This document shows positions 1-18,780 of a stretch of DNA of 64,000 bases, one piece after another. This stretch comes from Salpingoeca rosetta (Eukaryota; Protista; Choanoflagellata), in contig JAWQFM010000005.1 of the NCBI GenBank assembly GCA_033442325.1, positions 1,372,542-1,436,541 on the forward strand, written 5' to 3'. Made by a program: the position numbers and the translations under genes. The first letter of the stretch is position 1, and each line of letters starts with the position of its first letter. Below the pieces are notes generated by a model. That model had not been told where the DNA came from and searched no databases. It saw only the letters and a program-made list of their open reading frames with translations.

Positions 1-3000
1 TCTGCTGCACCAGCAGGTTCACAGCCGCCTTGAAGTCGGGCGACACAGGCGGCGTCAACAGGGAGTCAGGGCCGTCGCTCTTCTTTGTGTGGACTCCATC
101 GGCGTTGACATTGCGGCTGCTCCGGCTGCTGCGGCTGCTGCGGCTGTTGCGGGGGGCCTCGTTTGGGTCCGTGCTGGCGAGTGGCGTCACAACAACGCCT
201 TCTTCGCCTGGGCGGGCCTCAATGTAGTTAATGTCAAACAGCTCGCATCGGCCAGAGGCAAAGGCGGTGGTGTGGCGGAAGGTGGTGGAGGCAGAGGCAG
301 ACAAGCCCGCCTCAAAGTTGGCGCTGAAGGCAAAGTCCAGCAGGCCCGGGAAGCCGAAGAAAAGCTCAGCACTCATCCAGGCGCTGGCTGCAACCTGGGC
401 ATCCACTTCGTCCTGGATGAGACCCGTCTCTGTTTGGAAGGAGCAGCGGCGCAGCGAGCGCACGTCCAAGGCGTTGGGCACGCTCTGGTTGTCGTGTGTT
501 TTGTGAAGCCAGAAGCAGCTCTTGCAGTCTGGCTCAAACACGCGCGCTGGCACCACCTTGCCCGTCACCGTGGACACGCCCATCCCAGGCAACGATGCAC
601 CGGGATGAAGCGGTGGCGATGCAGCACCAGCACTGGTCACGCGGGCTTGCTTTGAGGTCTGGGAGCTGGTGGAGCCAGCGCTGGTGCGAGGTGCCCTGCT
701 GTTGTTGCTGCTGCTGCTGCTGTCACTGCTACTGCTAGCGCTGTTGGCACTGGTGCCGCTGGCGGTGTTGCTGTTGGCGCCAAAGGTAGTAGGAACTGCG
801 GTTTGCGAGCACTGGATTGTTGCGCCTGGCGCAATGGTGTATGTCTGCACGCTGGAGACGACGCCCTTGCATTGGCTGTCCTTGCAGCCGCCAGCAACGA
901 CAACGTCCACACCTCCGGGTGCACTCACCGAGGGCATGGTGACTGCCGGGGCAAACGCGGTGCCCTCGGGAAGGCCGCAGCCAGGGATCCATTCCGCAGT
1001 CGCTCCCTTGACAGGGAGCTGCAGGATGCGCACGTCACTGAGGCTGGCCACGGCGTTCGTGTCTGGTGAGCGGGCTGCGAGGCCAGTTGCATCGCGGCCA
1101 CCCATGATGAGGATGTCGTTGCCCACAACGACGGCGGCGTGCCCCATGCGTGGAGTGTCAGCGCCTCCCATGGGCGGGACATGGGCGTCGCTCCACAGGT
1201 CTGTGTCCACGTTGTACAACAGCACCTTTGCATTTAGCGTGCCGTCCGGCAGCACGCCGCCGACGACGTATACGAGCGAGTCGTTCACCACCGTGCACGA
1301 CATGCCGGACAGGGTGAGGGGCATGGGCTGAACTGTGGACCACGAGTCGGTTTCCGGGTCATACACCTCCGTCACAGGCGTGCCACCGCCAGTAACATGC
1401 AGCGCCCCGCAGGCGACAAACGTGCAGTGCAACTGGCGGCGCGTCTGCATGGGCTCCACGTTGATCCACTCGTTCTTCTGGGGCGAGAAGGAGATGACGG
1501 TGGTGCGGCCACTGGTGTTGGTGAAGGGCGGCCCGGCGCCACCGGTGACATACACGCGATCGTTGAGCACGGCGGCGGAGGCGTTGGCCACGTTGGCGCG
1601 CGGGTCCTGCGAGAGCAGCGTCCATGGCGCCACCCCCTGCAATGCAGCGGATGGGTCCTGGGCGGCTTTGGTTGGGGTTGGCGCCGTTTTTGGCGGCATG
1701 GCTGCGGGGACGTAGCGCTGCACGGCGGGCACATCGGGCAGGGACGCTTGGCTCGCTGTTCCACTGAAGAACAGCACGGCGTTGGCGTTGGCGTTGGCGT
1801 TGGCGGTGGAGATGGAGACGTTGGCAAACACGGCAGCATGGCCTGCCATGGGCTGGAAGGACGTGATGCCCGTGTCTGTGGTGGTCCAGCGAGCAGAGCG
1901 TGGGGGGAGCTTGGGGCAGCCACCCGCACGCGTCTTGCAGAAGTCATTGTTGAGGAAGCGCTGGTAGAGCTGTGCGCGCGTGCCGATAGCTGGGTCGTTT
2001 GGGAAGAAGGCTGGCGTGAGGACGGCGGTGAGGTTCTGCAGGGTGTATGCGACAACGCCCGGGTCCTTCTCGACAGCGAGAGCCCACGCGTTTGCGCCGC
2101 GCGTGAGCTGACCGTGGACGGGCGGGAAGGGGATGTAACTTGTCTGCACGGAGATTTTGCTGGAGTTGAAGGCCTCCTGTTCGTTCCAGCCAGGGGTGCG
2201 GTTGTTGCAGAGCACGTCGTCACCAATGGAGCAGATGTGGTTGAGGGTGGCTGAGGAGTGCAGGTCGCCCGACGTCTTGCGGAGATGCTCGAAGCTTTCC
2301 TGGCTGAATGCGGTTACGCGGACCGACTTGCCGCCAAACTCAGCGTCGGCAACAACGGAGTCGCCGTAGGCGTTGGCAAACTGCAGCATGTCGTTAAGCT
2401 TATCGTTGTACTCGCTCTCGTCGCGCGGGAGCAGCTCGGCCACGTTGGACTTGAAGCCCGCGGTGAGCACGGCGCTGTTGTCGAACGTGTTGCGCTGAAC
2501 ATGATAGCTTGTGCAGGCAATGCTGTGGCGAACGACCACGTTGTTCTTGTTGACCGTGAGCGAGTTGACGGCAGAGAACCAGTGCGTCTCTGAGGATGAG
2601 TGGAAGAGGCCGTGGTGCTCCGAGTGCGTGTACGCGTTCACCACAGACTTGTAGTCAAACCAGTCGTGCATGGCCTTGACTGAATCCGTGAGTCGACACT
2701 GTGTGAGTGCGAAGGGGGCGGGCGGGGAAGGTGAGACAAGAGTTGTCGTTTGGGTGCTGGGCATTCAGACATTTATAGAGATGCAGACACAGATACAAAC
2801 ACACACAAAATACAAACACACACGCATACACACACGCATACACACACGCATACACACACACATACACGCATACACACATACACACATACACGCATACACA
2901 CATACACACATACACGCATACACACACATACACACACATGCACGCATACACACACATACACACATGCACACATGCACGCACATGCACACATCAGGACGCA

Positions 3001-3182
3001 AACAGCACACCTTGAAGTTTGGGAGGTAGGTCCAGCCATCGGGAACGGCAACTGTGCCTTCATAGTGCTGGCCTTGTTCGAAGGAAGACAGGTTGAAGAC
3101 GGCGCTACTCATGAACCCAGGCGTGTTGCACCGTGACGAAGAGCATTGCGGATCGCCATCAATAGATGACTGCAGGGAGATG

Positions 3183-3218
<36 letters not shown>

Positions 3219-3582
3219 ACGGAGTCGTAGCGTATGGGATCATCGCTACAAGTCATTGTGGAACTGCTTCAGCACAGCACCACGGAGAATCACAGGAACG
3301 CTCAACAACAACCCAGCATTCACTCTTGCTTGCAGGCAACCTCGAACAGCCAGCCAAAACGTTTTGGTGGTGCATTCGTTCCATATTGGGTGGTGCCATT
3401 TTGTTGTGTCACCCATGCTAACACAGCATTTGTGACGCGCTTCTTGGGGACTGACATGAATAACTGACCTGGAAAGTGAGCACGCCTTTGCCAACGATGT
3501 CCACGTTGTTTGGGGGCGACAGGGCATGACCTTCAGTGCCAAGGAGGGCGAGGACGAGCACAGCGGCAAAAAGGCCGTGCAT
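1..3582 (-). CDS. Secreted MACPF (perforin-like) domain + Kelch-repeat propeller + probable second MACPF-like domain protein; 3' end lies outside the window
   Basis: Manual model: 3582-3469 (MHGLFAAVLVLALLGTEGHALSPPNNVDIVGKG..., signal peptide-like), 3169-3011 (SSIDGDPQC...PGFMSSAVF...VPDGWTYLPNFK), 2698-<1 (899 codons with no stop). MACPF-like motifs: IACTSY, LTAGFKSNVAELLP, FANAYGDSVVADAEFGG (about 2330-2380), WALAVEKDPGVVAYTLQNL. Kelch repeats: VLNDRVYVTGG...EW, LHVTGG..EVYDPETDSW, VYVVGG..LYNVDTDLW, RMGHAAVVVGNDILIMGG. The 5' exon junctions are uncertain. Confidence 0.8.
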
Positions 3583-4411
3583 CTTGGCATTTAGGGGGGG
3601 GGGGGAGGCAGAGATAGTGGAGTGGAATTGCTTGGAACGAAAGGAAATGGACTCAGTGGCAGTGACAAACGGACGGAACAAGGAAAATGGCTGCTTCTGC
3701 TTGTGAAGGATTGCGACTGATTGCGTGCGAGAGCGTGTGTGTGTGTCACGCCATGACTCATCGCAGTGCTCACCGGTGTTGGAGCAGCATTGCATGGTTC
3801 GAGGACTTCTGCTTCTTGTGCAAACGAAGAAAGCGTGTTGTGTGGAGCGTGGCTGGGATCACATCGGTGGTGGGAGGAGATGTGCTGAGCTGTCGTTGTT
3901 GGCAGCACACTGGTTTGGCCTCGTTATCTCGCTCAACGGCCTCGCGCTCCTGTCGCAGTGCCGTTGTCATCGATTCTTGTTGGCTGTCGCCTGCATTGCA
4001 GCGGCCCGCCGTGGCGTGCATCCGTGTATCAGGGTCGGTTGCTCACACCGTCACCACGTAGAACGAACCAGAAAGGAAGCAAGCAACAATCACAGCTTCC
4101 CTCACATCCAACAAATGTAGGATGTGTGTGGGCCGTGAAGGTCAGGCAAAGAAAGGCGTGGGAAGGGTCAAAATGGGAAACAAGGAAGACACACGTGTCA
4201 TTCAAGGGCACGGTGGAACCAGCGGAATGCTCGTGGAAAAGTTAGGGAGAAGACAAACCGCGCGGAGAATGGGATAGGGGAGCGACGAGCACACCGACAG
4301 TTAATCCGAGGGTCAAGGGACAGACACAAGGCCACACCTTTGTACACACAAAGGTAAACATAGACAGAGAGACAGACAGGCACAGACAGGCAGAGAGCGA
4401 CAGGCAGATAA

Positions 4412-4480
<69 letters not shown>

Positions 4481-4552
4481 AGCACACACACACAGACAGA
4501 GGCACGGGTACGGGTACGACATATGAACGCAGAGGGCCTCATCAAGAGGGAA

Positions 4553-8701
<4,149 letters not shown>

Positions 8702-9025
8702 GCCGATCTGCGAGCTTGTACACTTGTGCACCACGACTTGCTTGTATGCTCTGCGTCTCCTCGCCTCAACCACAACGATCAACGACGGCAGCGGCGATCA
8801 CGGCCTTGCCGATCACCGACAGCCCAAGCACCACAACCAAACAAACGTTGAAGCAGACCCAGGCGTGCGGAGAGGCAAACAGCAGGCAGCAGTCCTCTTC
8901 GTTGTCTAGTAGGGTGCTGGTTCGGTTGGCGAAATCAGTCGTTTTTTGCTGTTGTTGTCAACGACGACAAACAACGACGGAGCTGTTGTGCTTGGTGTGC
9001 TTGGCGCGAGCACAACAACGGTAGC

Positions 9026-10318
<1,293 letters not shown>

Positions 10319-10899
10319 CACCCATGATGTGACATGTGAAATGATGCCAAACGGCTCCATGCGTTGCGTTGACGCCTATCATACTTATTTGAGGATGTAC
10401 CTCCCGCAGGCGCGCGGCACTGCAACCAGCGCAACACGTTTGATTGATAAACGAACCACCAACCAACGGTGCACTGTTGATACGAGAGCACACACACACA
10501 CACACACACACACACTCTCTCTCTCTCTCTCTTTCCCTGACACCATCCACCTATCCTCGTTGCTGGGGAGAGGACCGTGTACTCGGGGGGAGTGGACTGC
10601 AACATTGGCACAACCATGTCAAACAAACCAGCTGGCTATATGGTCGAGAGACAAAAGGAGGACACATCGTCTGGAGTAGGTTCAGAGACGGAGAGAGCGA
10701 GGAAAGAAACACACGAAGAGACAGGCTGCAGGGCCAGGGGGAAAGAAGGTAGCATGATGGGGACAAAAGGGAGTTGGCTTTGTGGCCGTGCAACAGAAAA
10801 CATCAGACGAGAGGGCAGGAAGGCACAAAGCACACAACGACAACAGAGGCGATTTGACAAGAAAGGCAACATCAAGAAGAGCTCGATGGTTTCCTGTGT

Positions 10900-11865
10900 T
10901 TACTCGTCGCCGTGGCGGATGGCAATGTAGTACTCCTTGACCTTGTCGAAGCCAGCGAGCACACCAGCACCAGCGATACCACGAAGAATGTTGGCACCGG
11001 CACCCTTGAAGAAGGAGCCAGCACCCTCGGCCTTCATGATCTGGACGGCGCAGTCAAGGGAGTTCTTGTACTTGACGGCCTCGCCAGAGGTCATCATCAT
11101 ACGACGGCGGATGGTGTCAACGGGGTAGGAGGCGAGGCCGGCGAGGACGGTCACACCGTAGCCGAGCGCAAACGTGGCCATGAAGTTCTTCTGGAGGGAC
11201 TCGCTGAGGAGGGGCTTGAGGGAATCGTACAGACCAAAGTAGAAGCCGCGGTACACAATGATACCAACGCAGGAGATGACAAAGCCACGGTAGAGGCCGG
11301 CAACACCGTCAGAGGCGATGGTCTTGCGGTACACGTCGACGAGGCCGTTGAACTGGCGGGCGCCGCCCTTCTTCTCGTTCTTGTTGTCGTTGGCAAGGCG
11401 GGTACGGGCGTAGTCGAGGGAGTAGACGAAGAGCAGGGAGAAGGCACCGGCGAGACCACCAGAGATCATGTTGCCGACGAACCACATGGCGTAGCCGTCC
11501 TTGTCCTTCTTGAAGTTGATGAGGGCCTTGATCTTGTCCTTGAAGGCAAAGTTGAGGGCCTGTGTGGGGAAGTAGCGCAGCACGTTGGCTGCGTTGCCAC
11601 GCCAGAGAGAGCCAACGCCCTCAGACTTGATGACACGGCCGAAGCAGTCCATCACGCCAGAGTAGGGGCGGTCCAGGGAGCCGGTCTTGAGCATCTCACC
11701 CTGGTTCTGGAGGAGCAGCTTGATGCGCTCAATGGGGGCGGCAGCCGTCTTGGACACGGCGGCGGCAACACCACCAAGCATGAAGTCCTCGAAGAAGGCG
11801 AGCTTCTTCTTGCCAGCGGGCGCGGCGGCGAGGCGCTCGCGGATGTTGACCTGGTTGTACAGCAT
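10900..11865 (-). CDS. ANT: Mitochondrial ADP/ATP carrier (adenine nucleotide translocase, SLC25 family), intronless
   Basis: 321-aa ORF with [57 protein letters not shown] and the RRRMMM signature. Confidence 0.98.
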   Translation of the reverse strand: MLYNQVNIRERLAAAPAGKKKLAFFEDFMLGGVAAAVSKTAAAPIERIKLLLQNQGEMLKTGSLDRPYSGVMDCFGRVIKSEGVGSLWRGNAANVLRYFPTQALNFAFKDKIKALINFKKDKDGYAMWFVGNMISGGLAGAFSLLFVYSLDYARTRLANDNKNEKKGGARQFNGLVDVYRKTIASDGVAGLYRGFVISCVGIIVYRGFYFGLYDSLKPLLSESLQKNFMATFALGYGVTVLAGLASYPVDTIRRRMMMTSGEAVKYKNSLDCAVQIMKAEGAGSFFKGAGANILRGIAGAGVLAGFDKVKEYYIAIRHGDE

Positions 11866-13722
11866 CGTGGTTGTTGTTGTTGTCTGTCGGAGGAGAGGGG
11901 AGGAGGCAGAGAGAACGAATTGTGAGCTGTTCGTTCGTATCGATGAAGGATGTGTTTGTTGGCTTTCAGGAAAATGGTGTCAAGGAACAAAGAGAAAAAG
12001 CAGTTGCTGTTGTTGTTGGAGGAGGAGGAGGGACAAGACATCAAATGCTTTGGTGTGCGGGCAACCGCTTTCCCCAACTTGCGCTGTCACACCTCACCAC
12101 CAAACCAACCGACCAAGCCCCTCCTTGACTCACGCACGGTCTCGAGCAACCCCGACACGGAACCAGCTCGGCACCAACACAAACACCCGCCGCACAAAAT
12201 GCGGTTGGTTGTTGGTTTGTGGAGGAAGCGCGCGCCGCACTGACACCTTGCTGCACACCGCTGTTGTGGTCTTCTTCTCATCTCATCTCTTTCACGCTGT
12301 TGCAGGGGCGGACGCAGAGTCAACTTGCTCGCGCGCGCGCGCCCACACCGCTCCACTGCGCGCCCCTCTCCCATCTGCGAATGCTGTGGTCGCCTCCTCC
12401 TCCTCCTCCTCCTTTGAGGGGAAGGGGAGGAGGTGCGCTGCCTCGCTGCCTCGCCCCAAACCACACCCATCCCTCACCTGCCCCCACCTGAGCAAGAGAG
12501 CACGCGTGGCCAACCACACTTACCAGGGAGACGACAAGAGGCAGGAGGCGGGCTTCTGGACGTGGCAGCGAAAAGTGGAAAAAGGCACGGCAGCGCAAGT
12601 GCCTGAAACTCAAGCAGGGAGCAAAGCACAAGCGAAGCACAGCAAAGCACAAGCAAAGCAAACACAGCACACACACCAGAGAGGAAAAACCAGGCGGAAG
12701 CAAAAAGTGTGCCACGTGCTCCGGGTTGTTGTGAGCGCGGGTGCGCAGTTTGACAACCCCAAGCGCTGTGGTGGATACACGAGCGAACCTTGCACTTCCA
12801 AGCATTTTTCGCTTGCCACTCTGTGCGCTGGTCAGCATCTACGATTCGTTTCCCTGACTCAGCAATAAAATACCATATTGTGTGTCCTGACGTGGAACTG
12901 AATTCAGTCCAGACTATCTGAAGGCGTCTTTCTTTCGATACCCCGTCAAGGCGCGGTGGCGTTTGTCCGCCTAGTTGTGGCGTTGTGCCAAGTCCTTCCG
13001 CCCTTCGAGACGACATACATGCATGCCAGTGCCAGAGATGGTTGTGCTGTTGGGTTGTGCGGCTGCTGTGTGTTTGGCTGCGCATCAGCGCGAAGGATCA
13101 AAGGGTGTCATGTGTCAAAGTCACATCTCATGCCGCAAACACCGATTGCTCAGCTCTTTGCTTGCTTGCTTTGCTTCACTCACCTGCTTGCTTGCTGATC
13201 GGCAAACATTGTTCACAATCCACCCCACCCTTTGGCGACGGCAACTTCCGAATACCCACAGCAACAGCAACAGCAACTTGCGAACACAAACACACACACA
13301 CACACACACACACGCACACTGCAAGTTCTTCGCCACACTGCCGTGGAAAGAAGGCAAGGCACGCCAGGCATCCCATCCATCAAACAAAGCAGCAGCACCA
13401 CCTGCCACACCAGCAGCAAGCCACGGAACAACAGCAGCACCATCCGCTCACAACAGCCATACCTACCGCATCTGCTGCACACCACACACCAATCCGGCGT
13501 TCTGTTCATCTCGGCAACCAGGCAGGCATTCATTCTCCGATCCAACCAACACCAAACCACAGATACACCAGATCCCTCGAGCGGATCAACACAGCAACCC
13601 TGCATAATTTGTGAGACGGCCTTGACTGCCTGAGCACAAACAAGAAACTTGCATCAACTACCTCCGAGCATCGAATACTGAGCAACAGCAACAACTGAAA
13701 GGGTGTGCAACGCGACCTCACC

Positions 13723-16700
13723 ATGGCTGCACTCGGCGTCACGGACAACCTGGCCTCGCTGGAAAACCTGGACGAGGCCACTTTGCTCAAGGAGCTTCAA
13801 ACTCGCTTCGACAACGATGTCATCTACACCTACGTGGGCGAGATTCTCGTCTCAGGTGCGTGTGTGTGCGTGTGTGCTTATGTGTGCTTGTGTGTGCGTG
13901 TGTGTGCTTGTGTGTGCGTGTGCGTGCGTGTGCGTGTGCGTGTGTGCTTGTGTGTGCTTGTGTGTTTGTCATGTGCGTGAATGCGTGTGCTTGTGTGCGC
14001 TTGTGTATGCGTGTGTGTTTTTGTCATGTGTGTGAATGCGTGCGACTTGACACGTGTATGTGATTCGCTCACTCAAACCACACACGCATACACGCACGCG
14101 CACACGCACACACACACGCACACACACACACGCGATCCTTTTAAACAAACACACGTTGCCTCCCCTCGAACTTGCGCATGCAGTGAACCCGTTCAAGCAG
14201 ATTGACGGCCTGTACAGCGATGAGCAAGCGCGCAAATACGCTGTTGTTGGGGACAAGGGCGCCGTCAAGCCTCACCTCTTTGCCATTGCAGACATCGCCT
14301 TCCAGGTGTGTGTGTGTGTGTGTAGTGCGTGTTTGTTTGTGTGGTGGTTTGTCTGTGTGTGTGTATGTGTCTGTGTTCGATTGCCTGGGCTGCTTACACA
14401 CACACACGCACGCACATGCACTCATATTCATACACACACAACACTCGCACACACATACACTCACATTCATACACAAACACTCGCACGCACATGTACATGC
14501 ACTCACTCGCACACATACCCCCTCCCAACATTCGCATGTGCAGAACATGGTGCAAGGCGGCAAGGACCAGGCGTGTGTCATCTCTGGCGAGTCTGGCGCA
14601 GGAAAGACAGAGGCCGCAAAGCTGTTTGTGAAGCACCTCATCCACGTGAGCCACGGCTCGGAGGTACAGGGCCTGCACACCAAGCTGGTGCAGGTCAACC
14701 CGCTCTTGGAGGCGTTTGGCAACGCGCAGACGCTCATGAACGACAACAGCAGCCGCTTCGGCAAGTTCACGGAGATTGTGTTCAGCAAGGACGGCAGCAT
14801 CCGCGGCGCCGTCATGAGCCAGTACCTCCTGGAGAAGTCTCGCGTCGTGCACCAGAACCCGGGCGAGCAGACCTTCCACGTGTTCTACCTGCTGCTTGCC
14901 GGCGCGACCGACGACGACCGCATCACATATGCGCTACGCCAGCCAGAGGAGTACGGCTACATTGCCAGCAACCCAGATGCCCTGGAGGCCATTGGCACCC
15001 CCGCGCTCGCCGCAGCAAGCAGAGAGCTGCACGAGTGCATCCGCACCATCGGCTTCACCGACGACGAGAAGGCCAACCTGTGGGCCCTCCTCTCGGGCGT
15101 GCTGCTGCTGGGCAACCTGGACTTCACAGACGTGGGCGATGCAGCGGAGGTGGCCGCCGACAAAGCGCTCCTGCAGGACTGCTGTGCGCAGCTTGGCTTG
15201 GACGAGCACACGCTCAAGCTCGCCCTCACCCGCAGCGTGAACGTGATCCGCGGCGAGGAGACGGAGCGCGCGTACAAGCTACACGAGGCCGTGGACTGCC
15301 GCAACGCAACAGCAAAGGCGCTGTACAACCGCGCGTTCTCGTGGATCTTCGAGCGGTGCAACCAGCTCCTCGGCCCGCACAAGCGCAACCCTTCCGACCA
15401 CAGCATCGGCATCCTGGACATCTTTGGGTTTGAGTGCTTCGACACCAACAGCTTTGAGCAGCTGTGCATCAACCTCGCCAACGAGCAGCTGCAGTTCTTC
15501 TTCAACGAGCACATCTTCCGCATGGAGCTTGTGGAGTACGAACGCGAGGGCATTGACGGTGCCGCCATCACCTACACAGACAACAAGCCCCTGCTTGACC
15601 TGTTTCTCAAGTCAAAGACGGGGCTCATCGCCGTCCTAGACGAAGAGGTGTGTGTGTATATGGGTGTGTATACGTGTGTGCATGTGTGTGTATATGTGTG
15701 TGTATATGTGTGTGTGTGTGCGTGACTGCTTTTCTAGAAGTGTGATTGGCCACAGTTGTGAATGATGAGTCGCTGTCATACCACTCACACGCACATACGC
15801 ACGCACACACACACACACGCACGCGCACACACACTCACACACTCACACTCACACACTCACACTCACTCACACTCACTCACACTCACTCACACTCACACAC
15901 GAACGCATGCATGCACGACAGAGCAACTTCCCGCGCGCAACAGACGACACGCTTGTGGAAAAGCTGCATGGACGCTTCACGGAGCACAACGACTACACCC
16001 GGCCGCGCGGAAACGAGTGCCAGTTCACCTTGCGTCATTACGCTGGACACGTGGAGTATGACGCCGACGGCTTCCTCTACAAGAACAGAGACACACTCGC
16101 AGTTGATGTCATTGGCGCCCTCCGCGTCAGGCAAGTTTCTGTGGTTTGCACGTGTGTGCATGTGAAAATGCACAAGATGCTCTTGTGTGCTTGTATGAAT
16201 GCGTGAATGTTCATGCATGTGCGTGTGCTTGTATTTGCATTTGTTAGGGTGACGACAAGTGTTGACTTGGAGGGAAATTCACCCACGCTTTCACTTCTTC
16301 CCCTATGTCACGTTCTCACCCCACCCACACATCCTCATACATACGCATGCATGCATACACACGCCCGCACATCCACTGTCTGTCCCCACTCCAACAGTGA
16401 GAACGAGCTTGTACGCAAGTTGTTTGGTGCTGAACCCGCAAAAGCGGTCAAGGGCAATCGCAAACACGGCCCCAAGGGCAAGCTGCTCAACCTGAAGGAA
16501 TCCAAGGCCCTCATGCGTGCAAGCACACGTCAGGCACGCGCCGATCTCGCCCGCAAGCAGCGCGCCTCCGTTGCCACGACATTCAAGGTGGGAGTTTGGT
16601 GGGATGGTTGGGATGGGGAGTGGGTTGTCAGCGTTAGCAGGGACGAGGGAAACGGGAAGCCGTGCCGGAGTGGTACTGTGTTCTTGCCAACAACACAACC

Positions 16701-16767
16701 GCGCGTGGCTGCAAGCATCATTATGCACTTGAACACGAAGTGTACGCATCGATGCTCACTCACATCG

Positions 16768-16845
<78 letters not shown>

Positions 16846-18713
16846 AGAAATCGCTGTCCGAGCTGATGGGGCGGCTAAACGTTGCGTCGCCGCACTTCAT
16901 TCGCTGCGTGAAACCAAACCTGGACAAGCAGTGTGAGCTGTTTGATGAAGACTTGGTGTCGAAGCAACTCAAGTACACAGGCATGCTCGAGACAACACGC
17001 ATTCGTCGCGAAGGCTTTGCATACAGGCCCCTCTTTGCAGACTTTGTCTCAAGGTAAAGCACAGCTGCTTCTGCGTGCGTGCGTGTGTGCGTGTGTGCGT
17101 GTGCTTGTGTGCGTGCGTGTGTGTGTGTATGTGCGTGTGTGCGTGTGTGTGTGTATGTGAGGGCGTGCATGTGTTGTTGAATTTGTGTGATTCGTGTTGC
17201 ATGTGTGTACGTGTTTTTGTGTCGCGCGCAACATCCATGTACGTTCCACCATGCATGTGGTTCTTTGAGCTCACCACTATCACTCGACTGCACCGCTGTT
17301 CATGATTCGGGTTCTGCAGGTACAAAGTGCTGGCGTGGAACGTTGGAGAGAGCGCGTCTGCCCAGGCCACGTGCCGCCGCATCCTTGACAACGCCGGCAT
17401 CGATGGGTGAGAACATGTAACAGAACTGGCAGCGTTGGTGGTGGTGTGAATGATGATATGAGCGTTCGTGTTGCTGTGCTCACGTTTGTGTTGGCGCTGA
17501 TTGATTACGTCACAATCACACACGTGTACGCACACACGTGCACACGCTCACACTCACACACAAATTCACACACACACACACACGCGCGCACATCCCCGTT
17601 GTGCTGTGTATTCTGGCGCCATCCACAGGTACTTTGTTGGCAAGACCAAGGTGTTCCTGCGCTACTGGCACGTGGACCATCTCAGCGCCGCCGTGCGACC
17701 CGTACAGCTGGCTGCTTCCAGGCTGCAGAGCGCCGTGCGCGGGTTCTTTGCGCGCCGGCGTGTGCGCACCATCATGGCTGCTGCTGCCGAGGAGAAGAAG
17801 CAGGCCGAGCGCTTCCTGATTGGCGCTGAAAGGGCCGGTCTGGGCGTCCGTGATGTCCTATTGCACATGTGCGAGTTGGACGAACGCCGCTTCCAGGCCG
17901 CACAGCTGAGCGACGACAACATGCTTGGTGCCGATGATGATGACGATGAGGAGGACGATGAGGAGGAAGAGGTGTATCCGCCACACAACCCGAACCCACC
18001 ACTGCCGCCGCGCACGCCTGCCGGCAACAGCCCGTCACTGCAGCAACGGCGACGCACAGACCAGCGGGCGAAGAGCGTCAAGTGGTTCCGTGATGTGGAG
18101 AAGCAAAAGGGCGCAGGCATGGCCGAAAACTCGTTTGCACAGTGGTTCCACGGCGTCATCTCCCGCAGGGTGCGTGCATGGGTATCGCGCGCGCGCGTGT
18201 GTGTATCGTGTGTGTGTGTGTGTGTGTGTATGTGTGTCGCATGCTTGTTTGTTGGTTGTTCGTGCGTATCGTTTGTGTGTGTGTGCATAGTTTTGTCTGT
18301 GGCATTGGCTCTGCGCGTGCATCTCTGGCTCTGTTCCCTCAAGCAGTCACAACAGTCGCTCACCTGCAACACACTCCCAACACACACACACACGCACACA
18401 CGCACGCACACGCACCGTCACACCAACAGGAGGCCGAACACATGCTGCGTGACAAGGAGAGCGGAACGTTCCTGGTGCGTGTGGCGGAGAGTCGATTTGG
18501 ATACTCTCTCTCGCTCATCCACGAGGGCCGCGTGAAGCACTTTATGATCAACGTCAACGGCGATGAGGAATATCAAGTGGGTCGAGTGTGTGTATGTGTG
18601 TGTGTGCGTGCGTGCTTGTGCGTGCGTGCGTGCTTGCTTGCTTGCTTGCTTGTGCGTGCGTGTGTGTGCGTGCGTGCGTGCTGCGTGCTTATGTGTGTGC
18701 GTGTGCGCATGTG

Positions 18714-18780
<67 letters not shown>

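Noticed and set aside
89-2593. Plus-strand ORFs of 110-285 aa
   Set aside because: Antisense shadows of the long minus-strand MACPF/Kelch exon.
10912-12868. Plus-strand ORFs of 337 and 393 aa
   Set aside because: Antisense to, or running upstream of, the codon-biased ADP/ATP carrier; no protein motifs.
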